DNA of 64,000 nucleotides from Bacteroidota bacterium (GTDB lineage Bacteria; Bacteroidota; Bacteroidia; NS11-12g; UBA955). The stretch covers positions 54,658 to 118,657 of the forward strand of contig JAQCBH010000005.1 of the NCBI GenBank assembly GCA_027621365.1, given 5' to 3'. The notes beneath the pieces were generated by a model that did not search any database, was not told where the DNA came from, and saw only the letters and a program-made list of their open reading frames with translations. Below, piece by piece: positions 38,135 through 47,937 of this stretch (its first letter is position 1; every line of letters starts with the position of its first letter). A program made the translations under genes and the position numbers.

Positions 38135-38833
38135 ATGGCAAAGCAAGATGCGAAAATCCTCGTAGCCGATGACGAACTGGATATTCTGGATTTGATTCGC
38201 CACTCCTTGAACAAAGAGGGATTTGACGTCCATATAGCTTCGAATGGAGCTCAAGCCGTAGAAGTCGCTAATGCTATCATCCCCGATCTGATCATCTTGG
38301 ATGTCATGATGCCCGTAATGGACGGCATGGAAGCCTGCCGACAATTGAAGGAATCTCCCAAAACCGCCAATATTCCCGTAGTCTTTCTCACTGCCCGAAG
38401 CGAGGAATTTGCTGAGTTGGCTGGCTTTGAGGCTGGAGCCGATGATTACATGGCCAAGCCCATACGACCAAGGGTTCTGATGAGCCGAGTGAAAGCTTTG
38501 TTGCGCCGCAACAAGTCGTACAACATGCCCGAACCTGAGCGCTACGATTTCGGTGTTATCAACATTGACCGTGAGCGCTTTCAAGTAGAGTACGACGGTC
38601 AAAATCTTCAATTGCCACGAAAAGAATTCGAACTTCTCGCCTTTTTGGCATCCAAACCCGGACGCGTGTTCACCCGTGACGAAATATTGGAAAATGTGTG
38701 GGGCAATGAGGTCTTAGTCGTTGACCGTACCATTGATGTCCATGTTCGAAAAATCAGGGAAAAATTGAACAATCAGTTCATTTACACGGTCAAAGGCGTA
38801 GGCTACAAATTTGACCTACCCCAACAAGACTAG
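38135..38833 (+). CDS. OmpR/PhoB-family response regulator (receiver plus winged helix). No cognate kinase is adjacent.
   Basis: KILVADDE…DLIILDVMMPVMDG (receiver Asp). C-terminal trans_reg_C VLVVDRTIDVHVRKIR…VKGVGYKF. Confidence 0.8.
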   Translation: MAKQDAKILVADDELDILDLIRHSLNKEGFDVHIASNGAQAVEVANAIIPDLIILDVMMPVMDGMEACRQLKESPKTANIPVVFLTARSEEFAELAGFEAGADDYMAKPIRPRVLMSRVKALLRRNKSYNMPEPERYDFGVINIDRERFQVEYDGQNLQLPRKEFELLAFLASKPGRVFTRDEILENVWGNEVLVVDRTIDVHVRKIREKLNNQFIYTVKGVGYKFDLPQQD

Positions 38834-38834
38834 A

Positions 38835-40043
38835 TTATAGCCCCAAAGCCCGGCGAATGCCGGCGGCTTTGTCCAAACATTCTTGGTATTCAGCCTGCGG
38901 GCTTGAATCAAAGGTGATGGCCCCTCCCACCTGGTAACCCAATAGCTGCGATGAGGCATCGAATTGAAGGGCGCGAATGACCACATTGAAATCGAAGTCA
39001 TCGCCCCACATCCATCCCACTGATCCCGAATAGAGCCCACGGGCAAAATCTTCGTAACGATCGATGTGTTCCATCACCGTTTTCTTAGGTGCTCCCGTCA
39101 TAGATCCCATGGGAAAAGTGGCCTTCCAGATGTCTTGCAAACCCACAGAGTCCTGCAATTCACCCCGAACCGTAGAGATCATTTGATGCACATGCTCAAA
39201 GCTGTACACCTTGCACAACTCTTCCACCTTCACGGTTCCCGCTTTGCAGACTCGAGACAAATCGTTGCGCACCAAGTCCACAATCATGATGTTTTCGGCC
39301 CGGTCTTTTTCTGACTGCTCTAATTTGCGAGCTTCTATTTCCGATTGCTCGGCTGTTCGCTTCTGTGTCCCCTTAATGGGCTGCGACCGAAGAGTGGAAC
39401 CTCTTTTTTGCAAGAAGCGCTCTGGGCTGGAGCTCATGAGGTACAAATCGCCACGCTTTACAAAGCAGGCAAATGGCGCAGGAGAAACCCTCACCAAATC
39501 TGCAAACACCGACTGTGGGTCCAATTGGGCGCTCGCCTCAAACGCTACACAATAGTTGAGCTCATAGAAGTCGCCGTCAACGATGTGCTGGCGCAAACGG
39601 TTCACCACCTCTTTGTAAGACTCTGGACGGCTGCTTTGTTCCCAATGGCCCAAACTAGGCTCCGAGGGCTCTGCGAGCTCCGACAACTGGCTCAGCGCTT
39701 GTCCGTGCCATTTTCCCTGCCTATCCAATCCTTGCCACAACTGCGGCTCGAACATCCAGCAATCAGGCCAGGCAAAACGAGGCTGATGACGGCTTGAAAG
39801 TCCATGCAATTCGCTCTTCCACTCGTAGCTGGTCAGACCCAACAAAAGACGGTCAAGCGGCAAATCTGATAATCGATGATACTCAGCTTTGGCCCCAAAA
39901 CCGGCCAAGCCCAACCAGCGACCGTGGGCATCATCAAGTCCTGAAGACCAGAGCACACAGGCTTCATTGTGCCGCCTACTTTCCTCCAACCAATCCAGCA
40001 ATAAGGCGGGATCAGAGCCCTTATGAATCGGCGTCGCTTGCAT
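38835..40043 (-). CDS. pabB: Aminodeoxychorismate/anthranilate synthase component I (chorismate-binding enzyme).
   Basis: PMGSMTGAPKKTVMEHIDRYE…RGLYSGSVGW is the chorismate-binding signature. 402 aa. Confidence 0.75.
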   Translation of the reverse strand: MQATPIHKGSDPALLLDWLEESRRHNEACVLWSSGLDDAHGRWLGLAGFGAKAEYHRLSDLPLDRLLLGLTSYEWKSELHGLSSRHQPRFAWPDCWMFEPQLWQGLDRQGKWHGQALSQLSELAEPSEPSLGHWEQSSRPESYKEVVNRLRQHIVDGDFYELNYCVAFEASAQLDPQSVFADLVRVSPAPFACFVKRGDLYLMSSSPERFLQKRGSTLRSQPIKGTQKRTAEQSEIEARKLEQSEKDRAENIMIVDLVRNDLSRVCKAGTVKVEELCKVYSFEHVHQMISTVRGELQDSVGLQDIWKATFPMGSMTGAPKKTVMEHIDRYEDFARGLYSGSVGWMWGDDFDFNVVIRALQFDASSQLLGYQVGGAITFDSSPQAEYQECLDKAAGIRRALGL

Positions 40044-40057
40044 GGCACGAAGTTAAT

Positions 40058-41854
40058 TTAGGCCTTGTAGAAATCGGCAATTTTCTGGGCTTTGGCCTTG
40101 CCCACTACCGGGGTCAATGTTTCGACCGAAGCCGTCTGTATGCGCTTGATCGACTTGAATTCTTTGAGCAGCATGCGCGCCGTCTCTTCTCCAATTCCTG
40201 GAATTTCGGTCAGGGCTGTCTTTAAGGTACCCTTGTCTCGGCGACTGCGGTGGTGGGTAATGCCGAATCGATGAGCCTCATCGCGCATGTGTTGAATGAC
40301 CTTCAGCGTTTCTGATTTTTTGTCAATGTACAAGGGCAGTGGGTCTTCCGGGTAATAGATTTCTTCCAATCGCTTGGCGATGCCCACCACGGCAAGTTTG
40401 CCGTATACCCCCACTGATTTGAGGGCTGACACCGCTGAGCTCAATTGCCCTTTGCCTCCGTCAACCACAATGAGTTGGGGCAGTTCTTTGCCCTCCTCCA
40501 CCAATCGAGAATAGCGCCGGCTGATCACCTCTTTCATGGTATCAAAATCGTTGGGGCCCTCTACCGTTTTGACATTGAAGTGCCGGTATTCCTGCTTGGC
40601 GGGTTTGCCATTTTTGAATACCACACAGGCACTCACCGGATAAGCCCCTTGAAAATTCGAATTGTCAAAACACTCGATGTGTCGGGGCAAGTCTCGCAAG
40701 CGCAAATCGCTTTTCATCTGCTCCATGAGTCGATCGACGCGCACATCGGGATTGAGCTTCTCGTATTGCAAGAGTTTCTCCTGTTTGTACAGCAAGGCAT
40801 TTTTCAAGGACAGCTCCAACAGCTTGCGTTTGTCCCCAATTTTCGGAATGGTAATGCGCGCGGCATCGCTATCCAGATCAACCGGTTCCGGCAATACCAA
40901 TTCGCTGCCGAAATCGCCGTAAGAGGCTCTCATTTCAGAGATGGCGTGCAGGAGCAATTCGGCATTGGGTTCTTCCAATTTTTTCCGAATCTCCAAGTTG
41001 CGCGAGATAATCACCATGCCCTGGCTCACGCGCAGAAAATTGACAAAGGCCAATTTCTCCGTGCTTGAAATGCCAAACACTTCCAAGTCTCCCAGCGATG
41101 GATTGACCACCGTACTGCGGCTTTGGTACTTGTCAAGCATATCCAAACGCTCTTTGTAGCCTTGGGCTTCTTCAAAATGCAACGATTCGGCAGCTTGCGT
41201 CATTTGGGCTTTCAAATGGGCCCTGACCTGAGACAAATTTCCTTTGAGCAGGTGGCGAATATGGGCGATGCTCTCTCGGTAATCAACGGCACTTTGATGC
41301 CCTTCACAAGGACCCAAACAGTTGCCAATTTGGTAATCCAGACAAATCTTGAACTTACCTGCGGCAATGCTAGCTTCGCTCATCACCAAGTTGCAACTCC
41401 TCGTCGGATACAAGCGCTTGACCGTATCCAAGACACTGTGCATGACGCGCGGCGAAGCATAGGGACCGAAGTACTCACTGCCATCGTCCAAGCGATTGCG
41501 CATCGCATACACTTTGGGGAAGGGTTCTCGGGTAATCTTGATGTAGGGATAGCTCTTGTCGTCTTTGAGATTGATGTTGTAGCGAGGCTGGAACTCTTTG
41601 ATTAAGCTGTTTTCCAGCAACAAGGCATCCATCTCTGTATCGACCACTGTAAACTCAATGCGCTGAATTTTGCTGACCAAGACAGCGGTTTTGCGGTTTT
41701 CGTGCTGCTGCTTATTGAAGTACGAAGAGACCCTCTTTTTCAAGCTCTTGGCTTTCCCCACATAAATGATGCGGTCCTGATCATCAAAATACTTGTACAC
41801 CCCGGGTTTGTCGGGCAGCATGGACAAGGTTTTCTTTAGGGATTCAGGAGCCAT
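40058..41854 (-). CDS. uvrC: Excinuclease ABC subunit C.
   Basis: N-terminal GIY-YIG domain PGVYKYFDDQDRIIYVGKAKSLKKR. UvrBC domain. C-terminal HhH domain. 598 aa. Confidence 0.9.
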   Translation of the reverse strand: MAPESLKKTLSMLPDKPGVYKYFDDQDRIIYVGKAKSLKKRVSSYFNKQQHENRKTAVLVSKIQRIEFTVVDTEMDALLLENSLIKEFQPRYNINLKDDKSYPYIKITREPFPKVYAMRNRLDDGSEYFGPYASPRVMHSVLDTVKRLYPTRSCNLVMSEASIAAGKFKICLDYQIGNCLGPCEGHQSAVDYRESIAHIRHLLKGNLSQVRAHLKAQMTQAAESLHFEEAQGYKERLDMLDKYQSRSTVVNPSLGDLEVFGISSTEKLAFVNFLRVSQGMVIISRNLEIRKKLEEPNAELLLHAISEMRASYGDFGSELVLPEPVDLDSDAARITIPKIGDKRKLLELSLKNALLYKQEKLLQYEKLNPDVRVDRLMEQMKSDLRLRDLPRHIECFDNSNFQGAYPVSACVVFKNGKPAKQEYRHFNVKTVEGPNDFDTMKEVISRRYSRLVEEGKELPQLIVVDGGKGQLSSAVSALKSVGVYGKLAVVGIAKRLEEIYYPEDPLPLYIDKKSETLKVIQHMRDEAHRFGITHHRSRRDKGTLKTALTEIPGIGEETARMLLKEFKSIKRIQTASVETLTPVVGKAKAQKIADFYKA

Positions 41855-41915
41855 GGAAAGCAGCAGTCAAAGTTCGCACAAATTGTGCAAAGCCCTCGCA
41901 AGCCTTGATTCAGAC

Positions 41916-42737
41916 TTAGCCGATGTGGACCGTTTCAGCCAGGACCTCCTGTCCAAAAAAGACCTGAGCTCGGCTTCGAAATTGCTGAGCATCACCGGTG
42001 GTATAAAACGACAATTGGGACCTTTGATCCAGTTGACTGGCAAATGCAGAATGCCGCTTCAAATAATCTTCCAGTCGTTCAGCCACCAAGTCACCTTGAG
42101 ACAGCAGTCGCATTCCCGGAGCCGCGTGTTTTTCCAACAAGGGCAACAACAAGGGGTAATGGGTACAGGCCAATAGAAGGGTATCGATTTGGTCGTCTTT
42201 GGCCATCAATGCATCCAAACGCTCTTGAATAACGGCATGGGCTTCAGGCTCTTGCAAGCGACCCTCCTCCACCAAGGGTACCCACAGAGGGCATGCCTCT
42301 TGGCTCACGAATAGTTCAGGAAAGAATTTGGCCAATTCTATGGGATAGGATTGGGAATCTACCGTTCCCTGTGTACCCAAGATTCCAACGTGACCCGAAC
42401 TCGTGTAGGCTCCCAATTGTTCAGTGGTAGGGCGAATGACCCCAAGCAGGCGTTTCGGCGTAGAACGCAGCGGCAAATCACACTGCTGAATTTGACGAAG
42501 GGCTTTGGCTGAGGCTGTGTTGCAAGCCAAAATGACCAGGTCACAATCGGCCTGGTCGAACAACCAATTTACGCACTGGAGGGTGTATTCGTATACCGTT
42601 TCAAAACTGCGATTCCCGTAAGGGGCCCGAGCATTGTCGCCTAGGTATACAAAATCAAATTGGGGCAATCGATCCAAGAGCGAGCGCAACACGGTGAGCC
42701 CGCCGTAGCCCGAATCGAATACCCCAATCTTAGGCAA
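41916..42737 (-). CDS. murI: Glutamate racemase.
   Basis: IGVFDSGYGGLTVL…YLGDNARAPYG…ACNTAS. Confidence 0.9.
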   Translation of the reverse strand: MPKIGVFDSGYGGLTVLRSLLDRLPQFDFVYLGDNARAPYGNRSFETVYEYTLQCVNWLFDQADCDLVILACNTASAKALRQIQQCDLPLRSTPKRLLGVIRPTTEQLGAYTSSGHVGILGTQGTVDSQSYPIELAKFFPELFVSQEACPLWVPLVEEGRLQEPEAHAVIQERLDALMAKDDQIDTLLLACTHYPLLLPLLEKHAAPGMRLLSQGDLVAERLEDYLKRHSAFASQLDQRSQLSFYTTGDAQQFRSRAQVFFGQEVLAETVHIG

Positions 42738-42744
42738 AGCGAAA

Positions 42745-43257
42745 TTAGTTTTTCAGCATGTGTGCGATGATGGCACCGGTGATATCGTCACCCGTATTGG
42801 CACTCCACAACACAATGCCTGCTGAGTTATCAAGCACGTGAGCGTAACCTTTGGCTTTGGCTACTTCACCGCTGGCCTTTTTGATATCCTCTACGATGGG
42901 CTCCAACAACATGGCACGCTGGTATTGCATGTCTTGCTCACCGGCGGCTTGGGTTTCCTGGTACTGCTGAACCAAACGCTGGTAATTCTTTTGGATCAAC
43001 TCCAATTGAGCTTGGGTAGCTCCATTTTTGGCTTTGGTCTCGTATGCAATTTGCTCGTTCTGAATTTCGGCTTCCAAAATGCGCAAGTCTTCGTCGTAGC
43101 TAGCCGCAATCTTCTGCAATTTCAATTCGGCAGAATCTTTGGAGGGCAAGGTGTCGATCAAGGTTTGGATGTTTACGTAAGCCACTTTTTGGGCCTGAAC
43201 GGCTGAACCCATGGCCACCAAAACGGCCAACAGGCTAAGGGTAATGAATTTTTTCAT
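42745..43257 (-). CDS. OmpH/Skp-family periplasmic chaperone.
   Basis: Signal peptide followed by a coiled-coil-rich ~150-aa body. KVAYVNIQTLIDTLP is typical of OmpH. Confidence 0.85.
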   Translation of the reverse strand: MKKFITLSLLAVLVAMGSAVQAQKVAYVNIQTLIDTLPSKDSAELKLQKIAASYDEDLRILEAEIQNEQIAYETKAKNGATQAQLELIQKNYQRLVQQYQETQAAGEQDMQYQRAMLLEPIVEDIKKASGEVAKAKGYAHVLDNSAGIVLWSANTGDDITGAIIAHMLKN

Positions 43258-43281
43258 GTATTCGTCGTGTGTTTAATTGAT

Positions 43282-43824
43282 TTAATTTCTGGGGCTATTG
43301 CCTTCTTCTTCGATGGGAACACCCAGTTCGATGAGTACCTCATAGGTCTTGTCAAATCGAGCATCGGCGTACAGCATTTGCACTCCTGAGGCTTTGTCAA
43401 ATATGAAGCTATAACCTTCTGATTTCGCCACTTTTTGAATGGCATCAAAGACTTTGTCTTGCAAGGGTTTGACCAATTCTTCGCGCTTTTTCACAAGCGC
43501 TCCATTCGGGCCAAACTTGTCGGTACGGAATTTCAAAAGATCCTCCTCCACTTTGGCAATGGCCTCCTGTTTTTGGCGCTTTTGATCAGCGGTCAACCAA
43601 ACTTCTTCGGCCTGCAAATCGCTGCGCAACTGATCCAATTGAGCTTGCATCTGTTGAGCATCAGCCTGCCACTGAACGGCCATGTCATCCAACTGAGATT
43701 GGGCTGAACGAAACTCAGGCATGCGCTCCAAAATCAATTCAGTATCGACATACGCGAGTTTCTGGTTCTGGGCATTCAAGATTCCCAAAACCGAGAACAA
43801 AGCCATCAACAGGGATTTTTTCAT
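43282..43824 (-). CDS. OmpH/Skp-family periplasmic chaperone (second copy).
   Basis: Signal peptide. KLAYVDTELILERMPE. Coiled-coil body. Confidence 0.85.
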   Translation of the reverse strand: MKKSLLMALFSVLGILNAQNQKLAYVDTELILERMPEFRSAQSQLDDMAVQWQADAQQMQAQLDQLRSDLQAEEVWLTADQKRQKQEAIAKVEEDLLKFRTDKFGPNGALVKKREELVKPLQDKVFDAIQKVAKSEGYSFIFDKASGVQMLYADARFDKTYEVLIELGVPIEEEGNSPRN

Positions 43825-43962
43825 GTGGGGGCGATTTCAAGTTTCGTGCCAATTCGCACGAAGTCACGAATTTATTGAATTTTCACGGATTGTCGCAGGC
43901 TTAAACGTGTATTTTCAGCAGTTTAGCAGCAGGGTTAGTCGCAGTAGCCAGAGTCGTTTGCC

Positions 43963-44481
43963 TTAGCGCAATCGCAGCACCACCAAATCAGTCAAAATCC
44001 AGGGGCTTTCGTGTAAGGCTCGATCAACCAATCGGCATTCGTAACGCACGGAATCGCCTTCATACAGGTAGGGCTTTGCGGGCAATCGAAGGGTCAAATT
44101 CCCCTTGATGCTTTTGTGTTTACCCGTAGGCGTCAAATTGGGCAAACGCTCGGACAAATCGAGGGTATCACTGGGCTGCAGCGGATTCAAAGGCCTCACC
44201 CATTGACCATCAATGCAATGCCAATAGCGAACTTGCAGGTTGTAAAAAAACGGATCCCCGTAAGCGAAGGGATAAGCCGTATCGGAAGGCTCTAGCCCCA
44301 CATCTCCGTCTCCATCTTCGTAGCGAAATTCGACCAGCACCAAGCTGTCGCGTTGATCGTCAGCAGCCACTACGGTATTGGAAACCCATTGAAGTTTGGG
44401 CTCGACAGAAGGCGTATCTTCGCCTTTGCAAGTCAACAGCAGCAATCCTGCCCCTATGGCCCAAACTCTGGAAAAACGCAT
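43963..44481 (-). CDS. Hypothetical lipoprotein. The start is uncertain and conflicts with the luxE-like start.
   Basis: Signal peptide with lipobox LLLLTCKG. No recognisable domain. Confidence 0.45.
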   Translation of the reverse strand: MRFSRVWAIGAGLLLLTCKGEDTPSVEPKLQWVSNTVVAADDQRDSLVLVEFRYEDGDGDVGLEPSDTAYPFAYGDPFFYNLQVRYWHCIDGQWVRPLNPLQPSDTLDLSERLPNLTPTGKHKSIKGNLTLRLPAKPYLYEGDSVRYECRLVDRALHESPWILTDLVVLRLR

Positions 44482-45445
44482 ATTTGAAATCCGTGAGCCC
44501 AAAAATAGCCAATTTTGGCGGGAGCTCTTTGACTTTCAACGGGAGCACAACCCGGTTTATGCCCAGTGGTGCGAATTGATGGGGTTTCCTTCTCACAAGC
44601 CGGCCCCCGAACATTGGACCCAAATCCCGTTCTTGCCCATTTCCTTTTTCAAGAACCAGCGCGTTTATGCCTCAAGCGAGCCTGCTGAACTGCAGTTCCT
44701 GAGTTCCTCCACGACCGGCCAGGGCCAAAGTCGCCACGAAGTGGCCAAAGCTGAGGTTTACCGCCAGGCATTTATCAGCGGGTTCCACAATGCTTGGGGC
44801 CCACCCGAAGATTGGTCCATGATGGCCTTGTTGCCCAGCTATTTGGAGCGGGAAGGAAGCAGCTTGGTCTACATGGTGGAACAACTGATGGAGCCTGCCA
44901 TGGAACCCAAGGGCTTTTTCTTGAATGATCGAGGGGCTTTGTTGGAGAGAGTGGCCGAGGCCGAAGGCCGAGGCCTCCAAACCATGTTGTGGGGAGTGAG
45001 TTTTGCTCTCTTGCAATTGGCTGATGAGTACAAGGGACCAGCCTTGAAGCACACCCAAATCATCGAAACGGGTGGAATGAAAGGAAGAGGCCCCGAACTG
45101 ACCCGAGCCGAGCTTCACCAGCGTCTTCAATTGGCCTTCGGCCCCCAGCCCATTGCCAGCGAATACGGAATGACCGAGATGCTTTCCCAGGCTTATTCCA
45201 AGGGAAATGGCCTGTTCGAATGCAGCCCTACCTTGGAAATCGGCGTCCAAGACCCCAGCGATCCCCAATCTTGGCTAGGGCCCAACCGCAGCGGCAGGCT
45301 CTGCATCATCGATTATGCGAATCTGTACAGCTGCAGCTTCATTGCTAGCGATGATTTGGGTCGCTTGCACGCTGACGGGCGATTTGAAGTGCTGGGCCGA
45401 ATGGACCAAGCCGAAATCAGAGGCTGCAACCAGCTGGCCTTGTAA
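44456..45445 (+). CDS. LuxE-like acyl-protein synthetase (adenylate-forming acyltransferase family).
   Basis: N-terminus IFEIREPKNSQFWRELFDFQREHNPVYAQWCEL and the overall ~330-aa architecture resemble Bacteroidota LuxE-family proteins. The assignment is from memory, not from a search. Confidence 0.6.
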   Translation: MAQTLEKRIFEIREPKNSQFWRELFDFQREHNPVYAQWCELMGFPSHKPAPEHWTQIPFLPISFFKNQRVYASSEPAELQFLSSSTTGQGQSRHEVAKAEVYRQAFISGFHNAWGPPEDWSMMALLPSYLEREGSSLVYMVEQLMEPAMEPKGFFLNDRGALLERVAEAEGRGLQTMLWGVSFALLQLADEYKGPALKHTQIIETGGMKGRGPELTRAELHQRLQLAFGPQPIASEYGMTEMLSQAYSKGNGLFECSPTLEIGVQDPSDPQSWLGPNRSGRLCIIDYANLYSCSFIASDDLGRLHADGRFEVLGRMDQAEIRGCNQLAL

Positions 45446-45481
45446 ATAGGAATTTGGTCAATATACGCAGGCGGAAAACGA

Positions 45482-47833
45482 TCAATCTTCGTCTTCGTCG
45501 GGCAAGTCCAACACGGTTTCTTTGAGTTCCATGCGGGCATTGATCCAGTTTTCAAAACTGAGAATCAAGGCAGGAAGCAAGAACAAATTCGCCGCCATAC
45601 CCGCGAACAAAGTCAAACCAGTCAACCAACCCAGTGCCTGGGTTCCTTGGAAATTGGAGAAGGTGAAAATCATGAAGCCCGAGCAAACGGCCACCATGCT
45701 GTAAACCATGCTCACCCCTACCTCAGAAATGGTGTGGTTGAGCGAATCTCTCAAGCTGCGGTTGTTCTTGATGAGCTCGCGCCTGAAAGTGGTCATGAAG
45801 TGAATGGTCGCATCGACGGTGATACCAAAGGCGATGGAAAACACCAAAATCGTACTTGGCTTCAAGGGAACATTGAAATAACCCATGGTTCCGGCCGTAA
45901 TCAATAGCGGCACCAAATTCGGTATGATGGCAATCATCACCATGCGAATGCTGGGGAACAGCAAGCCCATGGTCAAGGAGATGATGAGCAAGGACCAGAA
46001 AGTCGCTTTCTTCAAACTGTCGAAGAGGTAGCTGTTGCCTTTGAGGAAAATGGCCGAAGTACCAGTGATCTTTATGCTGTACTCTTCAACAGGGAAGATT
46101 TTGTGAACCAATGCTTCTACCTGTTCAGACAAGCTGTCCAAACGCACAGATCCAACATCTTTGATTTGGTAAGATATGCGTATTGTGGTCTGTGTGCTAT
46201 CGATCAAACCGCGAATCAGAGCGTCGTGACCCGGCTGAGGTGCGGGCATGCGCATGGCAATTTCACCCAAATCAAAGGAATTGGGAACGCGGTAGAAGCG
46301 CGGATCGCCCTGGTTGTAGACCTGATTGGCAAAAGAAACGACTTCCACCACACTCAAGGGCTTGGACAACTCGGGGAATCGGCGCAAGCGCTTTTGCAAG
46401 CTCTGGGCCTTGTTCAGCATGGCCGCTGAAGTGGCACCCCCTTCATCATCGGCGGTGACCAATATCTCATAGGGCATCACCCCTTTGAAGTGGCCTTGGA
46501 AGAACTCCAAATCTTGGTAGAGTTTGGACTCGTGTGGGATATCGTCCACCATGTAAGCCAAGGGCTTCAGGCGAAGCATGAATACGGCAGAGAAGGTCAC
46601 CAACAAGATGGACCAGAAGTAGATGCGGCGCTTGTGGTTGAAAGCCATGTAACGCACCCAAGACAAGAAGTTATTGACGTTTTTGGCATCCAGGTGCGCG
46701 GTTTGGCGGTCGCTGGGAACCGGCAAAAAGCTGTACAAGGCAGGAATACCGATGATGTTGATGAAGAAGACCGTGTTGATGGTCAAGAAGGCAACCAAAC
46801 CAAACTGCTCCAACATGGTCGTTTTGGTGAAATAGAAGGTACCAAAACCAATGGCCGTTGTGAAGTTGATCAAGAAGGTCGCTACACCAATGCGCGAGAT
46901 GATTCGCGCCAAGGCCTTGGCCTTGTTGTTGTGGCGGCGGTACTCTTCGTGGTATTTGTTGATCAGGTAAATGGTGTTCTGCACCCCGACTACCACCAAT
47001 AAAGGCGGCAAGGTACCGGTCAACAGGGTCAGTTTGTAGCCCAAGATGCTCGAAAATCCGAGCATGGTCAACACCCCAATGGCAATGAACAACAGGCTAA
47101 TGGCCAAAGTGCTGATCGAGCGGAAGAACAACAAGATCAGCAAGGCCGTCATGACAAAGGCCACACCCGTAAACAGGATGATCTCGTCTTTCACGGTGGT
47201 TGCCAATGCTGTACGCACATAGGGCAAGCCCGAAATGTGCATTTCTATACCCTGCCGTTCGGCAAAGGCCTCAAATTGCTTTTCAATGCCCTGAATGGTA
47301 GGAATGCGGTACTTGCTATCCAGGATGGAATCTTTAACCACGACCAAGGTCAGGGCCACATTCGACTGACGGTTGTACAACAAGCCGTCGTAAAATTTCA
47401 AATTGATGAAAAGGTCGCGTAGGCTGTCCAGCTCGGCTTGGGACGAAACCGGCCCTGAGCACAGAGGCTGCATGCGAAACATATCGCTGCTGTCCATCAC
47501 CAAGGTCGAGGTGCGGGCAGGCGAAATGACTTCTATAATGGAAGAGTTTTGGGCGATGCTATCGCAAAGGGTTTGGTAGTCGTTGAAAAAGTCCTTCTTC
47601 CACAACTTATCGGTCTGAAAACCAACCACCAGTTTGTTGCCATCTTCTCCAAAGGTTTTCTTGAATTGGATGTAATCAACGAAGTCAGGATCGTTCTTCG
47701 GCACCAACTTTTGCATGCCGTAATCCATGTCCACCTTGGTGGCGTAAAATCCCATCACACCGGTAAAAGCCAAGATGGCCAGAATGAAATACCAGCGTTT
47801 TTTGAGAATAAAGGTGGCTATGCTATCCCACAT
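45482..47833 (-). CDS. MMPL/RND-superfamily exporter with two 6-TM bundles and two periplasmic domains.
   Basis: 783 aa. Twelve hydrophobic segments in a 1+5 / 1+5 arrangement, typical of SSD/MMPL transporters. Confidence 0.8.
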   Translation of the reverse strand: MWDSIATFILKKRWYFILAILAFTGVMGFYATKVDMDYGMQKLVPKNDPDFVDYIQFKKTFGEDGNKLVVGFQTDKLWKKDFFNDYQTLCDSIAQNSSIIEVISPARTSTLVMDSSDMFRMQPLCSGPVSSQAELDSLRDLFINLKFYDGLLYNRQSNVALTLVVVKDSILDSKYRIPTIQGIEKQFEAFAERQGIEMHISGLPYVRTALATTVKDEIILFTGVAFVMTALLILLFFRSISTLAISLLFIAIGVLTMLGFSSILGYKLTLLTGTLPPLLVVVGVQNTIYLINKYHEEYRRHNNKAKALARIISRIGVATFLINFTTAIGFGTFYFTKTTMLEQFGLVAFLTINTVFFINIIGIPALYSFLPVPSDRQTAHLDAKNVNNFLSWVRYMAFNHKRRIYFWSILLVTFSAVFMLRLKPLAYMVDDIPHESKLYQDLEFFQGHFKGVMPYEILVTADDEGGATSAAMLNKAQSLQKRLRRFPELSKPLSVVEVVSFANQVYNQGDPRFYRVPNSFDLGEIAMRMPAPQPGHDALIRGLIDSTQTTIRISYQIKDVGSVRLDSLSEQVEALVHKIFPVEEYSIKITGTSAIFLKGNSYLFDSLKKATFWSLLIISLTMGLLFPSIRMVMIAIIPNLVPLLITAGTMGYFNVPLKPSTILVFSIAFGITVDATIHFMTTFRRELIKNNRSLRDSLNHTISEVGVSMVYSMVAVCSGFMIFTFSNFQGTQALGWLTGLTLFAGMAANLFLLPALILSFENWINARMELKETVLDLPDEDED

Positions 47834-47837
47834 GCTG

Positions 47838-47845
47838 CAAAGGTA
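47838..47845 (-). promoter_or_regulatory. Putative -7 box TACCTTTG 4 nt upstream of the MMPL start codon.
   Basis: The minus strand reads cGTACCTTTGCAGCATG. This matches TAnnTTTG and is almost identical to the Hsp70 upstream sequence GTACCTTTGCGTCATG. Confidence 0.3.
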
Positions 47846-47860
47846 CGATTATAAGGGGGC

Positions 47861-47893
47861 TAAATGAAAACCGCCGGCCACAGGCCGGCGGTT
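47861..47893 (-). terminator. Rho-independent terminator after rplI.
   Basis: AACCGCCGGCC-ACA-GGCCGGCGGTT is an 11-bp stem. A T-rich run follows on the minus strand. Confidence 0.7.
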
Positions 47894-47937
47894 ACAAACA
47901 ACAACAATAACCATTGCGACGATTGATGTTTCGCTGA

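Noticed and set aside
40445-41605. Plus-strand ORFs of 207, 86 and 160 aa inside uvrC
   Set aside because: They are antisense to a conserved uvrC and have no motifs.
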